A stretch of DNA of 62,082 nucleotides, counting the filler. It is 8 parts of 8 records of this genome, joined end to end, with 100 filler letters (N's around TTAATTAATTAA, not from the genome) between each part and the next. Parts side by side here need not be neighbours in the genome. Positions count along the whole stretch, not along the records: positions 1 to 15,227 come from SRR7504441_4629; positions 15,328 to 20,676 come from SRR7504441_4631; positions 20,777 to 29,619 come from SRR7504441_4637; 5 more parts are not named here. The stretch is one strand, 5' to 3'. A program made the position numbers and the translations under genes. This document shows positions 10,165 through 20,831 of this stretch, in pieces. Below the pieces are notes generated by a model. It was not told the origin of the DNA and did no database searches. It saw only the letters and a list, made by a program, of their open reading frames with translations. How positions within the stretch are numbered: position 1 is the stretch's first letter; every line of letters begins with the position of its first letter.

Positions 10165-13100
10165 ATGGAGGTGGCGCTGCCGGGGGACGCCGACTACGCG
10201 CCGGTCGCGGCTGGGCGGGAGGACGCACCGCAAGGTGAGGACGGCGGCTGGATGGAGCGGCTGGAGAACGGGAGGGAGATGGAGGCCGAGCTCCGGCAGG
10301 AGGCCAAGGCGCGTGACCTCGATTTCGAGCGGGAGCTGGCCCAGCAGCGCCAGCTAAACAACGAGCTGGAGGGTGACATGATCGTGCTCTGCTCCGGACT
10401 GGGCAAGTACAACCAAGAGGGCGAGTTCGTGCGCACGCGAGAGACTCTGGCGTACATCAAGGACATCCGCCGGCTGCTCAACTTCGACTTCAAGAACAAC
10501 GTGGCCTCGCGGGAGATCTTCATTCGGCTGGGCACCTGGGACGTGATGCGGGGCAAGATCATCCCGCTGCTCAAGAGCTACTGGGACGACCGGTCGCTCG
10601 TGTTCGAGCTGCTCAAGGTCGGCCCGCCCCCGGCCGCCCGCCGACCGACCGCAGGTGATGGTGCTGCTCACCGACGCGCCGAGCGACATGTCGGAGCCGT
10701 CGCAGCGGGAGCGGCACCTGGAGATCCTGTTCCGGTACAAGGACGCGTTCTTGAGCGACTCGGTGCTCGCGATGCTGATGCAGGTGGTAGCCGAGCCGCT
10801 CTCGCGCGAAGGTGCGGCCGCCCCTGGCCGGGCTCAGGCGCGGGCAGGCCGGGAGAGGACCGAGGACGACGTCAAGTTCATCGAGCTGGTGCTGCATCTT
10901 TTCAAGAACCTGCTGGTGGTGCCGGATGCGAGCAAGAAGGAGGCGTCGGGCGGCGACAACCTGTCGCACATGCACGACGACTTGATCGTGGCCTTCTCGC
11001 AGGAGAACGTGCTCGAGATGCTGCTGCTGATGGCCCAGGACCTGCGTGAGCAGCGATACAACCACTGGGGCGTGCTCGTGATGGAGATGCTCTCGTGCAT
11101 ACTCCGGCACAAGACGGCAGACTCTATCCTCGCCAGCCTCAACCCGGCGGCCAAGGCGGCCACGGCGGTCAGCCAGCCGGCCGAGCCCGGCGGCCTCAAG
11201 TTCGACCCGTGCGACCCGCTGTACAGCCTGCTCTGCAAGGACAAGCAGCACCGGCACGAGAGCCAGCGGAACGCTTCCAGCCGGCACAACCGGTTCTACG
11301 GCTCATTCAGGAGCCGCATAGCCAAGGGCAAGCCGCACCGAGGCTTCCGTCGCGGGCTCAAGGAACTCCCGCCAGGTGGTCTGGCCAGCCTGCTTTGGGC
11401 CCGAGCCGGGCTCAGGAGTTGCCCCACCGCCCAGGGGCCGGAAGAAGCCGCTCCCGGTGCGACAGGACCCGCGGATGTCTGGCGAGGTGGGCGGGCCGGC
11501 GGCCGGGGGTGAGGGTTGGCAGGTGGCCGAGATCCTGGTCAAGTTCGTTGACGATTTCCTCGAGTACAGCTACGCGCAGATGCTGCAGGTGGTGGTGCGC
11601 CAGATCGTGCACATGGCGCCCGAGATACGGATGGAGGACATCGGCAACTTCTGCCAGGTGAACTCGGTGTTCCTCTCGCTCCAGACCAGCACCGGCAAGA
11701 TGCACGAGCACAAGCTCGGGCTGATAGCGCACGCGATCGAACCGCACAACTTCAAGTTCCTGCTCAGGTACTTTGAAGAGAACTCAGACCCCAAAGTCAA
11801 GCAGTGGCAGATCCTGCCGCCCGTGCTCGCGTGCATCCGGGCGATGCTCGCGGTGGTCCAGTCGGTCGGTTCAGGCACAGGCTCAGCTGCCAACGCGGCC
11901 GCACGCAAGCTCGAGCTCAACCTGCTTTACGATCAGCAGCTGCTGAGCATGAGCGCCACCCAGCTGAGGGACTACGACCCGAGCAAGCACGACCGGCGGT
12001 ACGTGGCCGACCTGGTCGAGCTGGCCGACTATGTGCTCAAGATGACTGAACAGTTCATCAAGTCACAACAGACCGTTCTAGTCAGGAAGAACAAGCGCCG
12101 CAAGAAGAAGAAGGCCAAGGCCGAGCAGGCCAAGGCCCAGGGCGTGGAGGAGGAGGAGGAAGAGGAGGAGGACGAGCAGGAGCAGGAGCAGGAGGAGCTG
12201 TACGACAACGAGAAGGAGCTGGACATTGAACAGATTGTGGCGCACTTCTGCCACCCGAAGGCGATCCACCAGTACGTGCTGCTGCTCTCAAACTGCGTGG
12301 CCAACCCGCCCCGGCTGAACCGGTGCATCAACCGGATGCTCACGCTCATCTGCAAGCACCGGGCCGGGAGCTTCATGCCGATGCTCTACCAGCTGTCCAC
12401 GCTCCGCACGTTCCAGAAGATTATTTGCACCCTCCCGAGCTCGCTCGTGGCCACCCGGCCCGACCTGGCTGCGGTCGACCAGCTGGTCAAGGCGGTGGTG
12501 CGCAACTTCCTCCGGAGCATGGTGGCCCACCCGGTGCTCGCGTGCGACGCTGTCTTCCACAAGAACCGCCGTTCGGCCGAGGAGATCGCCAACAACTACG
12601 ACCTGCCGAGCAAGAGAGATCTCGGGCCGCGCCCGGACCAGGAGGTCGAGATGGCGATCGCGAGCGAGCCCGAGTGGCAGGAGCACGAGGACCAGCTGCT
12701 GCGCGAGGCTTACCCCGGGCTGGCCGAGCGGCAGGGCGTGTGCAACCTGCTCGCCGCCAAGCTCGGGCCGGAGAGGAACGCGCAGATGGTCTCGCGCCGG
12801 CTGGCGGTGCTCAACCTGCGCCAGCGGGGCGAGAGAGCCAGCCGGCACACTGGGCCGGAGTTTCTGCGCAAGACCGTCGGGGTGCTCCGGCAGCAGGCGC
12901 ACGAGGCGCTCCGGAACACGATCCAGCGAGCCACCCACCCGGGGCTCCGCACGCAGATGCTGCTCCAGGCCATGCGCTGGGTCGGTGCGGCGGTCACGCG
13001 CGCGTTCGAGCTGCGGGAGGAGGCACACATGGACAGCGTGCGGGACAACTGCCGGGCCGAGCCTGCGGAGGACTTTTGCTTGGTGCCGGTGAGCGAAGAG

Positions 13101-14013
13101 CACTGGAAGTGGCTAGGCTGCCACTGGCTGCCGAACGTGCTGGCGGCCATGTGCTTCAGGCCGGCCGGGCCGGGCGAGGGCTGGTGGCGGATCCCTCGCG
13201 AGCTGGACAATGCCAAGCTCGAGATGGTGATGGACGTGCTCAACGCCTTTTTGGAGGACCCACCCGAGCAAGAGGAGCAGCAGCAGGAGCTGCCGGAGGA
13301 GGATCTCGAGGACACCGACAAGCCGGCTGACCAGCTCGAGGCGCCGGAAGAGCAGCCGGAGGAGGACGAAGAGTCGGACGAGGAGTGGAACGCCGAACAG
13401 TTTGCGTCCAAACGCACCCGGCGGTCGCGCGGCCCTGCCGAGGTGCGCCCGGGCCGGGGGCGGGCCGAGTGTGGCGGGCAGGGGCTGAGCTTGCCGGACA
13501 ACTTTGACGAGCCGGAGGCGGTCGATCAGCCCGAGAGCGACTCGGACCAGGAGCAGGCCAAGCCGACCAAGAAGAAGAAGACCAACAAGCGCAAGAAGAA
13601 ACTAGACAAACTGGCCCGCGCCGCCAAAGCCGCAGCGGCAGCACCAGAGGATGCACCTGAACCCGAGCCGGAGCCGGAGCCAGAAGCCGAGCCAGAGCCA
13701 GAGCCGGAGCCTGTGCCGGCAAGCCAGCCAGAGCCCAAGAGGCGGAAGTTGCTGAAGAAGCGGCAAGCCGGTGGCAGCCCGCGTGGTGGGGCAGGGCTGA
13801 GGCGTGTGGGCAGGGGACGAGTCTTCGGAAGACGAAGAGCCGAGTGATACCGAGGCAGTGCCTGAGAGCCACCGGCGGCGGCAGACCATGATCTCGGACG
13901 ACGAGAGCGACAACCAGACTGAGGACGTGGTGCCTGACAGCTATGTGCCTGAAGCTAGCCAACAGACACGGAGGAAGAGGACCATGCTACTAGATGACGA
14001 TGACAGCGAATGA
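10165..14013 (+). CDS. TIMELESS: Timeless/Tof1/Swi1 replication-fork protection protein
   Basis: LCSGLGKY...IKDIRRLL, ELLK|VMVLLT, LFKNLLVVPD, SSRHNRFYGS, FVDDFLEYSY, FCHPKAIHQY, PMLYQLSTLRTF, DFCLVP, WWRIP. Introns such as 10618-10654, 11376-11415 and 13771-13813 link ORFs 10000, 10655, 11376 and 13804. Confidence 0.9.
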
Positions 14014-14413
14014 TACAATACTCAAGTGCAAGATGTCATTCGAGCTCAATCTTAAGAGCACTTGACTCACCAGTCACTACTCAGTGACGGGTATGGTGGA
14101 TTAGTAGGAAATCTTGATTAAGCTAGGATCGAATGCCATCAACTACTACGGGCAGGTACATGTAACTAAAAAGTTGCTTACACTGTATTATGAACTACTT
14201 GTCTGCCTACAATAAATCTAGGCCCCTTCCAAACTTTATTCCAATTTGTGAATTCATCTACAAGAAGTATAAGTGTTGCAGACGTACTGGGAGGTGTTTG
14301 AGTTACTCTGAGTGCGGGTGGACTTGAGTTAGACTTGAGTTAGACCCGAGTCAGAGTCTCGGAGGTGGCACGATTACGTCCGTAGCGGTAACGGACCCCC
14401 GGCCGACCCGAGG

Positions 14414-15083
14414 ATGAGCGAGCGAGTCGCGGACGACCCTGTTCAGCTGCGCGAGGCACTGGATCAGGCCACTGTCCGGTCTGACACCGCGTGCTGCCTC
14501 ATGGGCCAATCGGGCGCGGCCAGTGTGTCGCTGCTGCGAAGCGAGCTGCACCGGGCGACTACCGAGCTGCGCCGGCGGGAGGAGCGGGATGAGAGGGAAG
14601 CGCGGTATAGGTGCGCAGGGCCCGGGCCGGGGACGGACTGCGAGGGCCAGGGCCGACCTGGAGGCTCAGATCGAGGAGCTGCAGCGGGAGGTGCTGCCGG
14701 GGGTCCCGGCCCAGTCAAGGGCCGACAGGTGGCTCGGCTCAAGCGTGGGCCGCAGAGAGATGTGGCTGGCCTGGGCTTATGCAATGAGCCGACTAGCGGG
14801 GAAGGTGCGGCACTATCGATCGCCCGTGCTCCGGCAGCAACAGCCAATCTCGGCTGTGAGAGGTGAGCTCACTGGACTGTAGCCGCTCATTCGCTAGATG
14901 AAACCAGCAGTTCGCTCTTCAGGCTGAGCTTTAGGGGCATTGAACCATTTGTTGGGTTGCAGGCCGGACCACCGCCAGAGCCACCCCGCACAGCTGCCAA
15001 GAGGCTGGTTGACGAGCTCGTGTGTGCAGGTGGAGCACTTACAGCTACGCAGCCTCGGGATTCCGAGTAGACACGGGACCTAA
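14414..15083 (+). CDS. Hypothetical protein with short coiled coil (spliced)
   Basis: ATG 14414. An intron near 14611-14650 joins ELRRREERDEREARYR to ADLEAQIEELQREV. The 3' exons are uncertain. Confidence 0.45.
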
Positions 15084-15227
15084 TATTGAAGCTAACTTGA
15101 GACTCGAGACTAAGCTAGCTGTCTTACCGAGTGCTCGTTGTTTTGTTCGGAAGACACCCAACTGAGCTTTGCATGCCAGTATTGGAAATGACATCGTAAT
15201 GATATCGTACCAAGATTGATCAACGGC

Positions 15228-15327
15228 NNNNNNNNNNNNNNNNNNNNNNNNNNNNNNNNNNNNNNNNNNNNTTAATTAATTAANNNNNNNNNNNNNNNNN
15301 NNNNNNNNNNNNNNNNNNNNNNNNNNN
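15228..15327. other. Artificial contig linker
   Basis: 44 N + TTAATTAATTAA (stops in all six frames) + 44 N, identical at seven places. Confidence 0.98.
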
Positions 15328-15328
15328 G

Positions 15329-16639
15329 ATGAGGGACTGGGAGTACCTGGACCTGTCGGGCCAGGTCCAGGGGCCGTTCTCCGCCGACCAGCTGCTGGGA
15401 TGGCGCCAGGACGACCAGGTAGGCCCGGACCTTCCCACACGGCCAGTGGGCGGCGACTGGCCATTCAAGCCGCTGGCCGACTGGCCGGAGCTCAGCAGTC
15501 GGTTCACCCTGCTCTGGCAGTCGGTCTGCCCGCTCCTGGCCCAGCTGGCCGAGGCGCCCGCCCCGGACTGCCCCGATGAGCGGGCAGCGCTCGGGCAGCT
15601 CCGGGCGGCACTCGACCAGGCGGTGGCTCGCGCAGACGAGCTGCTCGAGCCCGGCGGCTGGCGCCCGATTGAGCCCGATCCGCTGCCTCGGCCACCGGTG
15701 GACCAGCCCGATCTACCGCCTCAGCCACCGGCGGTCGATCCGGTGGTGGACGAGGCGGATGGGCTGGCGGAGCAGCTGGCTGGGCTGGGGCTAGGCGACC
15801 GGGTGCAGTTCAAGCTGCCCGACCGGTCGGTGCGTCGCGGGGTGGTGAGCGGGCTGGCCGGCGATCGGGTGAGCATTGTGTCGGACGGTGAGAGTTTCCC
15901 CGAGTGGCCGGCCAAGGCGGTCAAGCGAGACAGGAAGCTCAAGTTTGAGCTGCAGACCAAACCGAGCTCGAAATCCACTTCCAGATCTCCAAGTTTGGAC
16001 TACCGAAACTCATCCGGCCCAACGGACAGGCACCCAGCCCAGCAAATAGGCAGGTCTGTCTCGCCAGTGGATAGGCGGCCGGTGGCCCCGCGCCGGCCGC
16101 GGCTGATAGTGGCGGTCGACACAAACGAGCTGATCAAAGTGGGGCGGGGCAAGGAGTCGTTGCAGTGCGCCGGGTGCGAGATGCTTCTGGCCCGTCAGGT
16201 GGTCGACGAGTTGGATGGGCTCAAGAACAACCAGGACAGCGCGGTGGCCGCAGCCGCTCGGCGGGCCAGCAAGGAGCTTAGCAAGGCTGGTCGCGCCAAG
16301 GCCGACTGGCTGCTGCTGGAGGATCAACCTGCGAGCACCGCAGCCAACCACTCGCGCTTGGCCCCGGATGAGCGGGTGCTCAAGTGCGTGCTCGACTTCC
16401 GGCAGTGCCCGAGCAAGAACAAGCTGTTCCCGGCCGATCGAGTGCTGTTGGCTACGAGTGACAAGAACTTGCAGCTCAGGGCGATGATGCAAGGCGTGGA
16501 GGCGAGGTCGCTAGATCAGGTCCGTTGTGAGGCCAACGACCGAGACCGGTGCTGGCGGGCGGCGTACAGCCACTTGATGGCTGCCCAAGCAGTCGAGAGC
16601 GCAGGCTGGACGCACGGGCCAACAGAGGACAATAAGTGA
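15329..16639 (+). CDS. GYF-domain + PIN-domain (SWT1/SMG6-type) putative ribonuclease; intronless, possibly 5'-truncated
   Basis: GYF-like WEYLDLSGQVQGPFSADQLLGW. PIN acidic motifs VAVDTNELI, VVDELDGLK, PDERVL, LATSDKNLQLRA. Begins 1 nt from the contig edge. Confidence 0.8.
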   Translation: MRDWEYLDLSGQVQGPFSADQLLGWRQDDQVGPDLPTRPVGGDWPFKPLADWPELSSRFTLLWQSVCPLLAQLAEAPAPDCPDERAALGQLRAALDQAVARADELLEPGGWRPIEPDPLPRPPVDQPDLPPQPPAVDPVVDEADGLAEQLAGLGLGDRVQFKLPDRSVRRGVVSGLAGDRVSIVSDGESFPEWPAKAVKRDRKLKFELQTKPSSKSTSRSPSLDYRNSSGPTDRHPAQQIGRSVSPVDRRPVAPRRPRLIVAVDTNELIKVGRGKESLQCAGCEMLLARQVVDELDGLKNNQDSAVAAAARRASKELSKAGRAKADWLLLEDQPASTAANHSRLAPDERVLKCVLDFRQCPSKNKLFPADRVLLATSDKNLQLRAMMQGVEARSLDQVRCEANDRDRCWRAAYSHLMAAQAVESAGWTHGPTEDNK

Positions 16640-16829
16640 GCTAAGGACACGAGCGGTGAAGGGTTAATTAACTCACAGTATGACTTTTTGTTGTTCAAAT
16701 TCGCTCCGTTCGCTCTCTATACAGCTAATAGATTACTAATAGATTATTAATAGTATTCGTACTGTATTTCGGACAACTCAGATCCGACCATGACGAAAGC
16801 GCACGAGAGTGTGTACTACACCTGGAGCT

Positions 16830-17652
16830 CTAGGTAGCACTTGGCACTACGGTAGGGACCCCGCCGGCTGAGTGCACCGATCCATTTGTTCCAGCAGCCA
16901 CTCTATCCCCAATGCCGTCATTTTCATCGGCATCTAACATTTGAACCGCTTGCTTGCATATATTGCATGCTAGATTGCTGAGATCATTCTTTTTGTGCTC
17001 TTTGTACGATTCGGAGGCGGGCTTTTCTTTCCATTTAAAGAAGGATGCATAGAGGTCTTTGTTGCTAGCAATCTCTTCAATGCGTTTTGCAAGCTCTTGA
17101 GGGGTGGCAAAGTCATTCGCATACACAAAAGACCGCAGTCCTGGCCCGTAGTTGCTGGTGATAACAGTCGGGTTGGTCGCTGTCCGGGCCCATGCACCAA
17201 GACACCCAAAGCTGCTGCTCCGGCTTGACATAGTCGTCCAGCTCCTCAGGGTCTAGTACCGGCGCCCAAAACAGCACGGCCGTTGCCTCGCTCAGCCCAG
17301 GCCCGGTCCGAAGCTTGCACCGCACTGGGCACGGCCCAACTGTGAGCGGCCAGGGCGGCGCGTTGTACAGCTGCAGCCGGACAGTCGGCCCCGAGGCCGC
17401 CGCTGGGGCTGGCCAGGCCTGTTGAAACACCCGGGCCCGCGCCCGCGCCAGCCTGGCGGCGGTGCGGTTGGCTGCAGGCCGGCTGCGAGAGGGCTCGGGT
17501 GTCGGAGCGGTGGGTGCGGCCTTGCTTGGGGATGAGCTTAGCAGGCGGACCAGCAGGCTGCACAGCAGCAGCAGCAGGCACGCCCCGGCCACCACCACCA
17601 GCCCCCGCTGCCGGGAAGCCGTCCGCTTAGCCAGCTGCCCTCGTCGCACCAT
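16830..17652 (-). CDS. GT10 alpha-1,3-fucosyltransferase-like protein lacking the central catalytic segment (possible pseudogene)
   Basis: Type II TM anchor, CPVRC, AVLF, QLWV (GT10 N-domain) and SFVYANDFATPQELA...LYASFFKWK...CNIC (GT10 C-end), joined by intron 17155-17197. No FENS/YVTEK motif. Confidence 0.6.
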
Positions 17653-17798
17653 TCCCAAGGGTACCCGTTGCTAACGTCAACTGGCCAGCTGCAGTGGAGT
17701 CACTGGATAAAAATAGCCTCAACACACAGCGAGGCGGGTGGCAGGCGCTGAGAGGACCACCGCGGTGAGTCGCCCGGGGCCGGGCTAGCGGCGACAAG

Positions 17799-19870
17799 AT
17801 GGCGGCGCGGTTCGTCATGCCCGAGCGCGCTTTCGACACGCACTACGGTGCGCCGGCCGGTGGGGCAGCCGCCGAGGCGCCGGGCCAGACCCGGTCTACT
17901 GCTCGTCGGCAGAGCCTCACACGCTCTACCGAGCCGAGCCGGCCAGCGGGGCGGTGGCGGCCGGGACGGGCGACCCGAACACCCTGGAGTCCTCTGTCCA
18001 GGGTCCGAATAGGCACAAGTAACCCCGCAGGGTGCGCGGTCGGGCCGAGCGGCAGGCAGGTACATGAAGCGGCCGATCGTCCCGTTCCTGCATGCAGTCC
18101 CGCCGGACATCCTGCTGGCCCCGCCCACCGTGCAGGCCGGCGACACGGCGCTCGGGGCCGGGGGCGGCGCCGTGGAGCAGAAGCAGCTAAAGAAGACGGT
18201 GGCTACGCAGTCGGGTGCGGCGCCGGGCTGCGGGGGGCTGAGCGGCGTGGGCAGACTACCGGGAGTCGGAGGCGCAGACGGCGCCGTACACGACAGACCA
18301 CGTGGTTCCAGAAGGGCAGGAGCCGGAGATTCTGAGCCTGGAGCGCTTCACCTGGGGGAACGGGCTGCCGATAGGAGCAAACGAAGTCGGGCTGATAGAG
18401 CGCGCTAGGTTCAAGCGGCTGGTCGAGGGCAACTACCCGCCGGCCACCGACGACCGGTCGTACGCGCTCCGGTCCAAGCAGATGGAGCAGCTGCAGACCC
18501 GGAACTGGGACGACCGTGAGGCCGATCTAAAGGCGGAGCAGGATGAGAGGCTTGCCAAGCTCGAGCAAGCACTCGACGCACGCTCGAACGCGCTGCAGGC
18601 CAAACACGAGGCCCGGCTGGACCAGCTGCGGCAGGTCAAGCTGCTCCAGAGCGAGAACGAGGTGGCGCTGGTTCAGAAGCGACGGATCAAAGCTTTCCGT
18701 AAGCTGGCGGAGGCACAGAAACACATGGTGCCCGAGAAGCGTGAGAGGCAGATTGTCGAGGAGTACGCCAACTACGGCTCGCAGCAGTACGCCCCGATCC
18801 GGCGGGAGGGCCAGTCTCGGATCCAGGACAAAGGGGCCGAGAAGTTTGAGGTGGAGCCACAGCAGCTGAGCTCTCTGGAGGCTGTCACCGAGCTCGAGCA
18901 GACGATGCCAGGCAGCCTGGTCAAGACCACAGCCAAGCCGGAGATGGCCAACAGCCAACAGGTGGGGTACAGCGGCCGCCGGGCGCTGCTCAACGCTCAG
19001 CACCTGGACAAGGTGCACAGTCAGATCAGAGCTCAGAGGGCAGGCCCAGTCGACAACGTGCCGTCCGACAGGGCTGAGGTGCTCAAGCGGTACCACAAGC
19101 CGCCCCCGCTCGAGCGGCCGGGCACCCCGCGGGTCGAGCCGGAGCAGCAGGAGCACAGCGTGCAGGCGGCAGCGGTGCTGCTCCAGCAGCTGCTCCGCGG
19201 ACGGCTCGTGCAAAACCAGGTCTGGGAGGCCAAGGAGAAGCGGCGGCAACTGGTGGAGGAGCTGCGGAGCATCGAGCAGCTCGAAGGCGGCCAGGACGCC
19301 TGGGAGCAGCAGCAGCAGCAGGACGAGCAGCAGCTGCACACGAGCAATGTGCGCTCGGGCGCTGCGATGCTGCTGATCGGCGACGCGGTCGGCCGGTCTC
19401 TCGACTTCTTGTCCAAGGAGCTGGTGCACTGCCAGGAGGAGGAACGGCTCAGGAGCATCATGGAGCAAGCCGAGCAGATGCGTGCGGCCCGCGAGCAGGC
19501 CGAGAGCAGCCAGCGGGAGGCTGAGCAGGCCGAGCGGGCTGAGAATGACGAGGTTTACGCCCAGTTGCACCGGACACACCAGCAGAGCGCTGACGCATTC
19601 TTGGATGCGCTGCTGCCCGAGATCATGCAGCAGAACGCCGAGCGGCGGGCGCTGCAGGAGATTGCGGTCAAGTCGGACAAGCTCGACTCGGTGATTGGCG
19701 AGCTCGAGAAGGAGATGGATGATCCGGGCTCGGTGATGCAAGACCTGGTGGCACACTTCCTGCTGCCCGAGGTGGAGCGGGAGCAGAAGCGGTGGGAGAA
19801 GCGTGAGACCCAAAACAAGTACAAGAAAGCCGCGTACGATGCGCTCACGGACGAGCTGAGCAACGCCTAA
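17799..19870 (+). CDS. CFAP91: Cilia- and flagella-associated protein 91 (MAATS1, radial spoke/CSC)
   Basis: After three GT-AG introns: NRHKYMKRPIVPFL, TQSDYRESEAQTAPY, PEILSL..GLPIGANEVGLIERARFKR, EYANYGSQQYAPIRREG, PPPLERPGTP, LLQQLLRGRLVQN, LDFLSKEL, FLLPEVER. Confidence 0.92.
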
Positions 19871-20333
19871 GCTGGGGTCTCTCAATCGTTACTTGTACGA
19901 GTGTGGTAGGGGTAGCTCGCCATGACTTGCACTGTACGTGTATGACGCGATTTAGTTGTACAAGTAATAATACACTAACTTACAGATCGTAATGATACCA
20001 TCATCGTGCCAAGCTTCCGTACATTTCAACTATATAATTCAATTGAATGTGCACTATGATATATACTATTATAGTAGTAGTACTTAGCACTTATGCCACT
20101 CGTACATCCACCACTGACATACTTAGGAGAGGATACGCTTGTACTAGTCAGGACTCTCCACTCATGTCACTCGTACTCGGTACTATGGTACCGTGTATAC
20201 GAGTTATGTACAGTAGTTGTCTCGCACTCTCCAATCAGTTATCTTATTTATGCGGCCAGGTTCAGTACGTAGCCAATTTGGTCAGGCGACAGGCGTCATA
20301 TCAATGAAGCCGCACGAGCTTGAGAATGAGGAT

Positions 20334-20676
20334 CTACTTGTAGTTGTAGTAAATGAGGATGAGCACGAGGTCGGTGATCTGCATGAGGATGATGCTGTTG
20401 AGGATATCGGTGACTATTAGGCCATACTCGTCTTCATCCTCATCAAGGTCCTCGTCCTCGTTCATGTCCTCGCCGAGATGGACCAAGAGTCGCGGCAGCA
20501 CCGCTGTCAGTGCCTCCGCTCCCTCGTCACTGATGTGGTTGTTGCTGAGGTCGAGCTCTGTGAGGGCAGCACAGCCTGGCAGAGCCGCTGCCACTGCCGC
20601 CGCTCCCTCAGCGCCGATGGTGTTGCTGTCAATGCTGAGCATAGCAAGGGCAGCACACTGGGGCAGGGCCACCGCC
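20334..20676 (-). CDS. RNI-like leucine-rich-repeat protein, 3' fragment
   Basis: LSIDSNTIGAEGAAAVAAAL, LTELDLSNNHISDEGAEAL, then an acidic stretch and a hydrophobic tail. Cut by the contig edge. Confidence 0.75.
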
Positions 20677-20776
20677 NNNNNNNNNNNNNNNNNNNNNNNN
20701 NNNNNNNNNNNNNNNNNNNNTTAATTAATTAANNNNNNNNNNNNNNNNNNNNNNNNNNNNNNNNNNNNNNNNNNNN
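20677..20776. other. Artificial contig linker
   Basis: N44-TTAATTAATTAA-N44. Confidence 0.98.
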
Positions 20777-20831
20777 GCCAGGCAATCGACGGAACGCTCG
20801 CCCCCTCGGGCACAGCTAACTGAAAGATCGA

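Noticed and set aside
13655-13735. GAGCC(G/A) hexamer array
   Set aside because: It encodes a Pro-Glu low-complexity linker in TIMELESS. It is not a CRISPR array or a mobile repeat.
18527-19885. Long antisense or overlapping ORFs (also 12288-13103, 25131-26123, 50809-51591)
   Set aside because: These are shadows of GC3-rich coding sequence on the other strand, with no recognisable motifs.
20304-20475. Apparent inverted acidic repeat and a + strand acidic mini-ORF at the LRR gene end
   Set aside because: ATC/CTC codons of the hydrophobic tail read as GAT/GAG on the other strand, so codon complementarity explains it.
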